From contig CADAIJ010000010.1 in NCBI GenBank assembly GCA_902787955.1, forward strand, positions 1,942-65,941: a stretch of 64,000 bases of DNA, read 5' to 3'. The notes below the pieces were generated by a model. The model was not told the DNA's origin. It saw only the letters and a list, made by a program, of their open reading frames with translations, and did no database searches. This document shows positions 1-10,100 of the stretch, in pieces. How positions within the stretch are numbered: the first letter of the stretch is position 1; each line of letters opens with the position of its first letter. Source of the DNA: an uncultured Erysipelotrichaceae bacterium. Its GTDB lineage: Bacteria > Bacillota_I > Bacilli_A > RFN20 > CAG-826. The position numbers and the translations under genes are program-made.

Positions 1-152
1 TAATAGAAATACATTGCCATTTATTTAGTCTCCAAATTAAGTCTTTATGTTTCTATATAATAGACTAATAGAAATGAATATATCTATCAATAATAAAACA
101 TAGTTTTAAGTTAATATACATTACTCTATATAAGGAAAATAATCTAAAAAAG

Positions 153-182
153 TTTACTTATTTTAAAAATAAGCTCTATAAT
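153..182 (+). promoter_or_regulatory. sigma70-type promoter TTTACT-N18-TATAAT upstream of riboswitch/GGDEF transcript
   Basis: -35 TTTACT at 153-158, 18-nt spacer, -10 TATAAT at 177-182; predicted TSS a few nt before the aptamer. Confidence 0.4.
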
Positions 183-185
183 AGT

Positions 186-262
186 TAACGGCAAACCCGG
201 AGTAATCCGGCGACGCAAAGCTAGAGGGTCCTTATTAATTAAGGGCAGCCAGTTGCACTATA
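186..262 (+). promoter_or_regulatory. c-di-GMP-I (GEMM) riboswitch aptamer
   Basis: Read as RNA: ACGGCAAACC-CGGAGUAAUCCGG-CGACGCAAAGCUAGAGGGUCC...GGGCAGCCAGUUGCAC. All GEMM-I hallmarks in canonical order: GCAAAnCC, a GNRA (GUAA) hairpin, GACGCAAAGC, a GGG/CCC helix, and GCAGCCAGUUGC. Confidence 0.85.
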
Positions 263-292
263 TATTCATCCTTTATATAGTTCTTCTTTCAC

Positions 293-325
293 TCAGTATT
301 GCTTTGCGTAATACTGATTTTTTTT
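293..325 (+). terminator. intrinsic terminator forming the riboswitch expression platform
   Basis: 8-bp stem UCAGUAUU/AAUACUGA with loop GCUUUGCGU, followed by 8 U. The loop is the exact reverse complement of the aptamer's conserved ACGCAAAGC (213-221). Confidence 0.7.
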
Positions 326-338
326 ACCCTAAAAACAC

Positions 339-1814
339 ATGAAAAAAGAAAAGAAACCATTCCGATTCCCTATCAGAATTAAAACTATTCTCGTAATAGT
401 TATTTTTGGTCTTGTTTTAACTGAGATCGCGATGGTCTTCTTTTCCGTAGTAAGTTCTAACGATAACCAAATTAACTATAAAAATGATGCGACTGAATTA
501 TCTAATACAATCGCCTTATCTATTGATAAAACTAAAACAAAAACTTTAACTGACGCTGTTATTGCAATCTATAACTCATATGATGAAAAGCCAGTTAGAG
601 AAGAATATGAAGGCACTCCACTATATGAAGAGTATTTAGCAAAATTCGATACCATTAAAGAAACTGAAGAATATAAATATCTTCAAGAATATTTAGCAAG
701 CGTTAAAAGTGTAAACCTTAATACTGAAGGTATTTATTTAGGTTGGGTAGATACCACGCTTAAATACACTTTATATATTGTTTATGATCAAGAAAACGAA
801 TTATATCCGGTTGGTGTTATTGATTATTTATATGAAGAAGATTATCCGATGCTTGATAATCCAAAACTTGGCTTTGTTGCCTCTATTTATGACGCTGGTG
901 AAGAAGGTATATTAGTTACCGCTGGCGCACCTATAGTTGATGATAGTGATAACGTTATTTGTTACGCTTTAGTGGATATTGCTTTAGCAACGGTAAGAGC
1001 TAAACAAGCTAGCCGTATTATTCGTTTATTCTTCTATCTTTTATCCACGGTTATTGTCTTATGCTTCATTGGTATAATCGTTATTAACTTCATTCTTATT
1101 AAACCTATTAAGACTCTTCAAGATGTCACAAATAGCTACGATATTAATGATATTGAAGAAACTCATAAGAGATTCACTGATCTTAAACTTTATGTTCATG
1201 ATGAATTCACCGATTTAGCGGATAATATGAAACGTATGGAAAACGATATTCATAATAAGATTAATGAATTATCTGAAGTTAATAAGGAATTAGTGGAATC
1301 ACAAAAAGTCGCTGAAAAGATGACTGAACTCGCTAATAAAGATTCATTAACTGGAGTAAGAAATAAAACAGCTTACGATAACTTTGTTAATAATATTAAC
1401 ACTAAGATTACTAATAAAGAAAATCTTAAGTTTGGGGTGGCTATGGTTGACCTTAACTACTTAAAAGAAATTAATGATGATTATGGTCATGATAGCGGAG
1501 ACGTAGCTTTAATTAAGTTATGTAATTTAATCTGTGCGACATTTGCTCACTCCCCTGTCTTTAGAGTGGGTGGTGATGAATTTATCATTATCGTTAGAAG
1601 TAAAGACTATACTGAATCAGATAAACTTATTTCAACCTTTAACGCTAAGATTGATGAATTAAGTGAAGATGATGAACTTCTCCCAGAAGAAAAAATCTCT
1701 GCTGCTATCGGTTATAGCGAATTTAATAAAGCTATTGATAATAATGTCGATGATGTCTTTAAGCGCGCGGATAAAGCGATGTATGAAAGAAAGCATCAAA
1801 TGAAAAATAAATAA
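339..1814 (+). CDS. membrane sensor diguanylate cyclase (2 TM + ~200-aa extracytoplasmic domain + coiled coil + GGDEF)
   Basis: TM helices at residues ~17-37 and ~240-262. C-terminal GGDEF domain with an intact RVGGDEF active site and flanking DxLTG/GHDxGD-like motifs. Confidence 0.8.
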   Translation: MKKEKKPFRFPIRIKTILVIVIFGLVLTEIAMVFFSVVSSNDNQINYKNDATELSNTIALSIDKTKTKTLTDAVIAIYNSYDEKPVREEYEGTPLYEEYLAKFDTIKETEEYKYLQEYLASVKSVNLNTEGIYLGWVDTTLKYTLYIVYDQENELYPVGVIDYLYEEDYPMLDNPKLGFVASIYDAGEEGILVTAGAPIVDDSDNVICYALVDIALATVRAKQASRIIRLFFYLLSTVIVLCFIGIIVINFILIKPIKTLQDVTNSYDINDIEETHKRFTDLKLYVHDEFTDLADNMKRMENDIHNKINELSEVNKELVESQKVAEKMTELANKDSLTGVRNKTAYDNFVNNINTKITNKENLKFGVAMVDLNYLKEINDDYGHDSGDVALIKLCNLICATFAHSPVFRVGGDEFIIIVRSKDYTESDKLISTFNAKIDELSEDDELLPEEKISAAIGYSEFNKAIDNNVDDVFKRADKAMYERKHQMKNK

Positions 1815-1835
1815 TATATAATCCATTAAAAAAGA

Positions 1836-1890
1836 AAAGGGCTTAATCTATGAGGTGGACCAACCTCACTAGATGCCCTTTTTCTTTCCT
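1836..1890 (+). terminator. intrinsic terminator after the GGDEF gene
   Basis: Long hairpin AAAAGGGC...GAGGUGGACCAACCUCAC...GCCCUUUU followed by a U-run. Confidence 0.5.
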
Positions 1891-2261
1891 TTTCCTTTAC
1901 CGTTCTTATAAGGGGGTAGGAGGATTAATCTATGACATCATATATTAATCGTTTTCTTTTGCTAATATTAGCGATTATTTAACAAAAGAACGATAAAGTA
2001 AGGAATCACCTAGATAAAGCTTAGGATCAATATCTAGGATTATCTAGAAAGAAGAGATATAGCCTTTATAGGCCAAATTCATGTGCAAGGATTCTCTACT
2101 TTAGATAACTTAAATATATCTTTAAATATTTAGTGTTTCAATAGGGATTTTTAAGGTAAAAAAGGATCCCTATATTTATTAATAAGTACTACTTCTTATA
2201 TAGATTATAAACTATATAAATATAGGGATTTTTTCTAAAAATTTTTTGTTAGAAAAAAGAA

Positions 2262-2310
2262 AACCACCTAGGAACTCCCTTATTTGGGAAAATTAGGTGG
2301 TTTTTAAAAT
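2262..2310. terminator. bidirectional intrinsic terminator
   Basis: 11-bp stem AAAACCACCUA/UAGGUGGUUUU flanked by A-run and U-run. Ends the minus-strand operon after the BspA-like gene and any + strand readthrough. Confidence 0.6.
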
Positions 2311-2319
2311 ATAGGATAA

Positions 2320-5300
2320 TTACGCAAAAGTTGTTCCAGTTAAGGTATGTCCACTACTGAAGGTAACTATACTTCCATTCCATCCTGTAACTGTTCCTAA
2401 AAACATTGCTGAGCCATCAGGATTTGTGGTCCAGAATGGAATGTCACCATTAATAACGGTATAAGGAGCAGAAGCAGAAATAATTAAACTATTTGTGCTT
2501 AAATCAGTAACATTATCTACGAAATAGTGAATAGTTTCGAGATTACTGCCATTCTTTCTCCATTTCTCAGTGCTAGTGGTAGAAGAAGTAAATTCACCAT
2601 GATAATAAATAACTAACGAAGTGTCACAACCACTGATAATAGAGTTAGCACCATTCTTAATGTTAAACTTAGATGTAAGTTGTAATTCGGTTAAGCTGGT
2701 GCAATTATTAAATAAACTTTGATTGTGGCTTGGGAATAATGCATCGGTTTTAATGAATCTTACAGAAGCTAAACTTGCACTATTTTGGAAAGCTCCTTCG
2801 CCTAATGTAATTGAGGTTGTTGTCACAATAACTCTTGTAAGTCCACTATTATTAAAAGCGTTTTTGCTAACGTTAATACTCTTATTTGCATTGGCAACAG
2901 GATCTTTAAATGTCATTTCACCGGTTGATGTAATGCTTCCAGTATTTTGGAAAGAACCTTCACCGAAATCACGAAGTTCTGGGAACTTAGAAAAATCAAA
3001 ATTCGCTAGACTTGTACAACCTTTAAATGAAGCAGAGTTAGCTTTTTGAAGACTACAGTCACCACCATTTTGAGTTGTAACATTTACTAAACTTGTGCAG
3101 CCTTCAAACATTGAAGATGAAAAGCTAGTAAGGCCTTCAGGAATAGTAGCATTTACTAAAGAGGTGCAGTTTTGGAAACAATAGTTTCCTGGATTAACAG
3201 TAACTATAGAAGGATCATTATCTGGCCAAATGATAGTTGTTACACCAGTGTTTTTAAATGCACTGACATTTATGTTAATTGTGCCTGTAACATTACTTAA
3301 GTCGATTGTGGTTAAATTAGTGCAGTTTTCAAAAGCATTATCTTTAATTGTAAACGTAGAAACATCAGGAGCAATAAATGTCTGAATAGAAGCATTATTC
3401 TTAAATGACTCTTTACCAACATAAGAATATCCGGTACCTCTTAAGTCAAGAACATGGGCTTCACTACCTCGTGGCGCTGGAGAAGTTTTGTAATTTGTAT
3501 CCGCTAAAGTGACATCTTTAAATACACCATCAGGGATACCGTTACCAGTATCATTGTTTAACTCAACTGTAAGTAAATTCTCACACCCTGCAGTAGCATA
3601 TCTAGGCATTTTAGTAACAAGGCCTGCAATAGTGTCTAGATCACACATTAAGTTAGGATAATAATAACCTTCCGTGCCTAAATATAAATATTTAACAGTT
3701 AACTCATTGCCTTTAGAACCTCTTGTTCCAATTCCAGAGAATAATGGCTGAGCAAAGACATTAGAAGAACTATCAAGAGTAGGATTTCCTAAAACTAATT
3801 CTTTAATCCAATATCCCATCTTATACGCTCCAAAAAGGAATGGATTAGTTCTATATTGACCATTAAATCTAATGCCATTTGTATCATCGGATAAAGCTGC
3901 ATCGAGAGCAGTTTGTTTGAAATCTGCCTTAGTTCTATTTAAAACCATTAAAAGTCTATCTTTGTTATAGGAATAATCAGTTCCATTAGCGTCTTTTGAA
4001 TAAATAGAACCAGTATATGTTGGAGTTCCACTAGTTTTAGAAGTGTAAGTAATCGCCTTATAGTAAGCTGATTCATTTCCTTCGGTCGAATTATCACTTC
4101 CTAAAAATGTGATTTGTCTTAAGGAAACAGCATTAGCAAAAACACAAGCTTCTTTATATGTTTGAGTGTAATTTTCATAGAAAACGCATTCATATGGGAT
4201 TTTAAGAATCTTCTTAAGTCCTGAAAAAGCAAACGCCATTTTGCCTATTTTCTCTAAGCTTGAAGGCATACCTTCTGTAGGAGTATTGTTTCCAGTATAT
4301 GATTTAATAGTGGTAACACCATAAGCTCTCATAAAAGCATAATCGCCAATAGTTTCTATAGCGTTAGGTAGCACGACAGTTGTTAAATCATCAAAAGTAC
4401 CCGGATTTTTCTTTGGACTAGTATCTTGTCCATCACAGAAACACGCTGAGAAAGCATTATTACCAATGTGTTTAACTGTGTATTCTTCCCCATTTCTATC
4501 AGTAACAGTTTCAGGAACTGTGCAAGTTGTTAAATCAGCGGAACCATCATGAAGGTTATATAGATAGTTAGTCATTGTGGCGATATTAGAAGCATTAACA
4601 GTTTCACAAACAAAAGAGCATTTATCTTGTTCAACGTATTCTTTTGTGTTTGAACTACCAAGATTAACAGTGGTTATTACCGTTTCGGCTTCTATAACTT
4701 GTTTATAATAATGAATTTGATCATATATTTCTAATTCTTGGTTAATTCCAAAAGAATTAAGTTCACCATTATTATCTAAAGTGTATGTATCTGTTCTTTT
4801 ATTCGTAAAGCAATAACCAATTCTTGCTGGATTATATTTAGCAGAATAATAGTCTTCTGAGCCAATTGTTTTCCATTCTTTAGCTTGAGAAATTGGAGAA
4901 GCTAAGAAGTCTAAATTTTTCCAGTGACCACATCTACTATCAGAATAGAAATGTGAGCCAGCCTCATCAGGCATTAATCCAGTTAAATAGATTGCTGCTC
5001 TTGAGTTAGCATGGAATGCAAGGTTTTGAATATATAAATCAGTGTATTGATTTGGGAGAACTAAAGTTTGTAAGAATGGCTCGCCACGGAAATCATTACT
5101 ACCAGCACCGGAGTTACTACCAATTGATTCTTGGGCAGAACTTTGGTCCCCTACACCACCATTTGTACCAACTTGGGTATGAAAAACAATCTTATGTCCA
5201 GCCCGTTCTTCAAAAATAATGGTTTGAAGCGATTCGTTAAAAACGAAAGTCTGTAATGGAATAATTAAATCTGTAGTTTCTCCTGAATTCATGCTGCCCT

Positions 5301-7095
5301 TAAATATGACTGTTCCAAATAAAGAACAACCAAGGAAGGCGTGAGCAGGTCTAGTTGCCTTCGTAGAACGTTCAGCAGGAATAACACTAAAATGGAATGG
5401 GTTAGAAGGAAGAGAATTAAATCTAGTTACATCAGTATCAAGCAAACCAAAGTATTTAAATGTTTTAGGGAAAATAATAGTAGAAGCAGTGTGCGGCCTA
5501 TAAGTTTCATTTTTTGCTAAGGTGCCACCTGTAGTACAACCAAGTCCATAAAAAGCATCAGCACCAATACACTCTAAGCGAGAATTAGCATCACTATATC
5601 CCCAACTAAATGTTGTTACATTTGGAAGCGATCTTTTACTCGCTCCAAAAACACCAAAAGCTTCATCACCGATAGCGCGAATCTTGGCAGGAAGACGAAG
5701 AGTGTCTATTCTTTGAGTTGTGACACTTGGTTCATTAAACGCAAATGCTCTAATGCCAATAAACTCTAAATCTGTAATGCCACTTAAATCAATTCGAGCA
5801 GGAATATCATTTAAAGTAGGATATACACTAGTATCGCTATCACCGGCACAAGCCTTATTATCATCAATAACAAAAATGTTTGAGTAATTATATCTAAACA
5901 TTAAATTTTCAATTGAAAGTAATGTTGTTGGTAAATATAGTCTTCTAATTTTACCTTTTGTGGTTGTACTAAAAGCATTAGGGTCGATACGAATAACTTT
6001 ATTGCCTTCAGGAGCCGCCATGGTATCAGGAATAGAAATAAGCCAACCATGTGCTTCATCTGGATCTGGGCCGGTATATTCAGTTAAAGTAACCTCCCCA
6101 TTTTCATTACATTGATAAACCCAATCAGAAGTGAAATAACTATCACCAGTTTCTTGTCGGTAGGCGTAGCAGTTTGTAGGATCGTCAGGATCTCCTAAAT
6201 CATTTTTCCAACCCCACTTTTTATGTTTGTTTACCCAAGTAGTAACAGCGCTTTCCTCTCCGCAGAAACGAATATCTAAGTCAGCGTGACAGTAGTTAAA
6301 AGCGTGAGGTTCTATACCAATATTATTTCCATCATTATCGAATAATGTTTTAGAAACATAGACCTTTCTTAAGCCAATACAGCCTTGGAACGCTCTTTCA
6401 CGAACAATTCTAATACTTTGGAAGAAGATGGTTGATGTTAAAGCAGAGCAACCGTTAAAAGCTTCTTCCCCTACTTCTTGAATAGAACCAGGAAGAGAAA
6501 GTTCTCTAAGGGCAGTACACTTAAAGAAACACATTGTTGGTATTTTTTGCAAAGTTGTAAAGGTAGCGGATTCGCTTTCACCACTATCATCGCAGTTACA
6601 AGTAATCGAACTACCTGTACTAGCAGCGGTACTGTTTTTAAAGTTAGCAACAGCTAAACTTGAACAAGCATAAAAAGCACAATCGCCAATTTGTTGAAGG
6701 GAAACTGGAAGAGTGATACTTGTAATGGAACTATGTAAGAAGGCTTCAAAGTCAATGGTCTTAATACCTTCGTGTAAATTGATAGTTGTAGCAGGAGTAT
6801 TATGGAAAGCATTATGCCAGATTCCAGTAACAGGGATTTCATCATAAGCAGTTGGAACATTAATTGTGCCAGTTAAGGAAGTTTTAACACTATCTTTTAA
6901 AGATACATATAGTTCATTACCACCTTTTTTCTTATAGTAATCATAGTTACCGTTAGTAGCATAAAATGTTCCATCTAATAAATAGTGTGGCTTAATTTTA
7001 GGTGTATCTTCTCCATTAATGTTACATGAAACAGGAACAACAAAAACAAAAGAGAGCACGATTGCTTTAAGAATATTTCTAATTACATTTTTCAT
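2320..7095 (-). CDS. giant cell-surface protein with BspA-type (TpLRR/LRR_5) leucine-rich repeats; likely lipoprotein or signal peptide
   Basis: Many repeats of the IG..AF..C..L..I.IP pattern (IGDCAFYACSSL, VGEEAFNGCSAL, IRERAFQGCIGL, IGNNAFSAC, IGDYAFMRAYGV, IGKMAFAFSGL). Start chosen at ATG 7095 (MKNVIRNILKAIVLSFVFVVPVSC...), preceded by AAGGAG 9 nt upstream; the ORF-track start at 7113 overlaps that SD. Confidence 0.6.
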   Translation of the reverse strand: MKNVIRNILKAIVLSFVFVVPVSCNINGEDTPKIKPHYLLDGTFYATNGNYDYYKKKGGNELYVSLKDSVKTSLTGTINVPTAYDEIPVTGIWHNAFHNTPATTINLHEGIKTIDFEAFLHSSITSITLPVSLQQIGDCAFYACSSLAVANFKNSTAASTGSSITCNCDDSGESESATFTTLQKIPTMCFFKCTALRELSLPGSIQEVGEEAFNGCSALTSTIFFQSIRIVRERAFQGCIGLRKVYVSKTLFDNDGNNIGIEPHAFNYCHADLDIRFCGEESAVTTWVNKHKKWGWKNDLGDPDDPTNCYAYRQETGDSYFTSDWVYQCNENGEVTLTEYTGPDPDEAHGWLISIPDTMAAPEGNKVIRIDPNAFSTTTKGKIRRLYLPTTLLSIENLMFRYNYSNIFVIDDNKACAGDSDTSVYPTLNDIPARIDLSGITDLEFIGIRAFAFNEPSVTTQRIDTLRLPAKIRAIGDEAFGVFGASKRSLPNVTTFSWGYSDANSRLECIGADAFYGLGCTTGGTLAKNETYRPHTASTIIFPKTFKYFGLLDTDVTRFNSLPSNPFHFSVIPAERSTKATRPAHAFLGCSLFGTVIFKGSMNSGETTDLIIPLQTFVFNESLQTIIFEERAGHKIVFHTQVGTNGGVGDQSSAQESIGSNSGAGSNDFRGEPFLQTLVLPNQYTDLYIQNLAFHANSRAAIYLTGLMPDEAGSHFYSDSRCGHWKNLDFLASPISQAKEWKTIGSEDYYSAKYNPARIGYCFTNKRTDTYTLDNNGELNSFGINQELEIYDQIHYYKQVIEAETVITTVNLGSSNTKEYVEQDKCSFVCETVNASNIATMTNYLYNLHDGSADLTTCTVPETVTDRNGEEYTVKHIGNNAFSACFCDGQDTSPKKNPGTFDDLTTVVLPNAIETIGDYAFMRAYGVTTIKSYTGNNTPTEGMPSSLEKIGKMAFAFSGLKKILKIPYECVFYENYTQTYKEACVFANAVSLRQITFLGSDNSTEGNESAYYKAITYTSKTSGTPTYTGSIYSKDANGTDYSYNKDRLLMVLNRTKADFKQTALDAALSDDTNGIRFNGQYRTNPFLFGAYKMGYWIKELVLGNPTLDSSSNVFAQPLFSGIGTRGSKGNELTVKYLYLGTEGYYYPNLMCDLDTIAGLVTKMPRYATAGCENLLTVELNNDTGNGIPDGVFKDVTLADTNYKTSPAPRGSEAHVLDLRGTGYSYVGKESFKNNASIQTFIAPDVSTFTIKDNAFENCTNLTTIDLSNVTGTININVSAFKNTGVTTIIWPDNDPSIVTVNPGNYCFQNCTSLVNATIPEGLTSFSSSMFEGCTSLVNVTTQNGGDCSLQKANSASFKGCTSLANFDFSKFPELRDFGEGSFQNTGSITSTGEMTFKDPVANANKSINVSKNAFNNSGLTRVIVTTTSITLGEGAFQNSASLASVRFIKTDALFPSHNQSLFNNCTSLTELQLTSKFNIKNGANSIISGCDTSLVIYYHGEFTSSTTSTEKWRKNGSNLETIHYFVDNVTDLSTNSLIISASAPYTVINGDIPFWTTNPDGSAMFLGTVTGWNGSIVTFSSGHTLTGTTFA

Positions 7096-7160
7096 TGTTC
7101 TTACTCCTTCCATCTAATCTATCAATATTTAAATATTATTTTTCCTTAATTATTTAATAA

Positions 7161-10100
7161 TTATGGCGTTTCAGGCGCAGGATAAACAATTGGGGTTGTT
7201 GTCACGCCATCACCACTAAATAAGACAACAGTTGTGTTATAAATATCCGTTAAGGCATGGTTAATCGCATAGTTAGATACAGCGACATGTTCCATCGCCC
7301 CTAACGTGTCCGTTGTTATCTTAAATTTATTGTCTAAAGGATCAAAATAGAACCTTATATTACTTGTTGCATCAGTGAATAAAGAACGGTCTCTATTCGC
7401 TAATAAAACATATATTCTCTTACATTCAATATAATTGGTGGCTGGATCATAGCGAGGAGCGTCATCCATAGTAATGTTTGTCGTGGTTACATGAGTTTCT
7501 GGATTATAGGTATAACGTTCCACTCTTGTAAAGTCATAGTTTTTAACTTCATCAGCACTAGCGAAAATGTTAGAGGAGAAGTCAAGTTGACCATCAGTTT
7601 GACCTTGAGCACAAACGTAATAAATTTTAGCCGTGCCTTCTAAACCACCATCGCGATGTGTTCCAGTAGCAGAACCTAAACAATATCGGCCACGTGGAAG
7701 CTTAAAGGTGTGAGCATATAATCTTGTTGTTGGGTGTTCTTTATCATAACCATATTCAGTAACTTGTGAATAAGAAGTACCAACTGCGTCATCAGAAGCA
7801 TAAGTATTTGGAACGGTTGCGTCAGTATGCACATCTGCTTCTGACCAAGTACCATTTTTATCATAAGTTCCAATACGACCTTTACCTAATCCATCTACTA
7901 CATAGTCAAAATAAGCAAGATGATCATCAACTGGCATAAAGAATGCATAATCAGGACTTTCAAATGGCTTTTTGTAGTATTTATTACCGTCAACTGTTCC
8001 AGTTTCAGCGTTATCCAAACGATATACACCTAACGCGGCTGGTTTACTTCTATCCGCTAAACCGGCAACAACAGTAACGTTAGCAAGAGGTGTTTTAATT
8101 TCAAAGTTAACCATGTTAGAAGCAGGATCATCATAAGTAGCGTTTGAAACTGCAATCATTTTTGGTCTTGAAGCTTCAGATGCATTTGATAGATAAGAAT
8201 AATCAGGTGTAGCAAAACTAGATTCTAGTTTTCTAATTTCACGTCCTAAACTATCACGAAGCATAATACCACTTCGTTTACTATTAGCAGATGCTAGAAT
8301 CTTGTAGCCGTTTTGGTCTACAAGTTTATTTTCGAAATATTTAGAAAGGAATGAACCACCAACTGTAGTTTTATCAATATCAGAGAAATAGAACCCTTTA
8401 CCAGCGCGGTAATTATGATCGATTTGGAAACGGAAGAAGTAGTTTTGATAACGATCACGTTCTTCAAAGCTTTCTGATGTCATTTCATCAACACCAGGTA
8501 AATGGTAACCAAGGTGGAATGTACTTGGATTATTTGTATTAAATGAATCGCGGTATTTATCAAAAGTAATTCCTTTAGTGCTATCGTATTCACCAGTTGC
8601 ATAATAAACATAATATTTACTATTAACAGCGGTATTTTCTTTTAAAACAGTGGAAACATTTAAACCGTTAGTAGCGTCATCATACATACCAGTTCCATAA
8701 TAGTCAGTAGCGATTGTAAAAATACCTAAGTCAGTATTCGAAATAACTTTTTGACGGTTAAAGGAGACTGTATTCGCTTGTTGAGTAATATATTTGCCGG
8801 ATGAATTAACTCTTAAGAATCTTTTATATTTTTCCGAAGTTGATGGAACATAAGTTACACCATCTTCAAAAGGGGTAGAACCGCTAAAGGAGGTTGGAGT
8901 AATAACATCATCATAAACAGTTGAAAAGTCAAGAACACCGATGGATTTACCAATATCAGTCGCACCATCAGTTTCGTTAGCGTTAACATTATGAACAGTG
9001 CCACCAATCATACCAATAAGACCGGTATTTGAACCATTCGGCAAGGTGTAATATGTATTACCAGTAACAGCATTACCATTATTCATCTTAAATTCACCAT
9101 TATTGACATAACAGTGATCCAAAGAACCATCGCAGTGGCCAATAACAAAACCAATATTGTTAGTGTGTTCACCACCTAAAATAACATTTAATGTTAATAC
9201 TCCTGAATCAGCTTCAGGTAAAGAAATATCAAAGTCTAAGGAAGCAATAACTTTGGAGTGGTCTAAACCATAGTTATCGGTTGTAGAAGCAATTAAAGAA
9301 ACAGAAGATGAAGCGTTAAGTGGATAATCATCAGCTTCCAAATCAGCCTTTTGTTCTTTAAAGAATTGATAGATAGTTGGTAAATCAAGTCTTACTTCGT
9401 TTTCACCGTTTTCCGTTAGGAAGTCACCTGAAATTAACATTTTATATTTGTAGTTTGAGTTAGTAGATGTAAAGCCAATAACCGGATAATCTTCTGGTAT
9501 TGCAGGAGCGTCACCTTCACCATCCCACGCAAAATAGGCCGAAGCATCAAAATATAATTCTTTTACTTTTTCAGTATCTGATTTAGTAAATGTATCTTCA
9601 TCTTCACCACATTCATAGGTAAAAGCTGTACCTACCGCGGCAACTTGGGAATTGCCATATAAATCAGCGTAACTAGAGGTATAACCAAGCGCGTTAATTG
9701 TGATGTTACTTAAAAATAAATCATGAACAATTGAACCATGCGCTGTATAACCAAATAACCCAGCGTCTTCAGGGTCTGCAAAGACTTCAAGGTTTTTGAT
9801 TTCAAGTCCTTGACCATCAAATTCGCCATAGAATGGAACAGCTTCTGAACCGATTGCGTTAATAGGTTCATAAGTATAGGTGGATGATGTCATATCAAGG
9901 AATGGAACTGTTTCTGAAGTTGAGTCATTTAAATAACAAAGTGGTTTCCCGCTATCATCACCAGCTAAGCCAACTAAACCCAATTGGAAGAAAGTAGGTT
10001 CGTTAAAGACACCTAAACCTTGTAAACGAGAAAGGTTATACATGTGTCTTGGTCGAGTAATAACGTATGGATCCCCTGGATCATCAATGCCATTTGTGCC

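Noticed and set aside
2723-3049. Plus-strand ORFs inside the BspA-like gene (2723-3049, 5016-5219) and similar short antisense ORFs elsewhere in the ORF track, all lying inside confidently called genes on the opposite strand (6654-6860, 7676-7873, 10013-10198, 14477-14680, 16360-16821, 24035-24301, 24695-24931, 25481-25675, 26713-26913, 26995-27204, 28779-29315, 36269-36690, 38336-38796, 41042-41245, 44960-45158, 45587-45930, 46264-46458, 48097-48387, 48944-49138, 51691-51909, 55953-56165, 58311-58541, 61529-62016, 63188-63937)
   Set aside because: Fully embedded in, and antisense or out of frame to, long well-supported genes. No SD; AT-rich codon noise.
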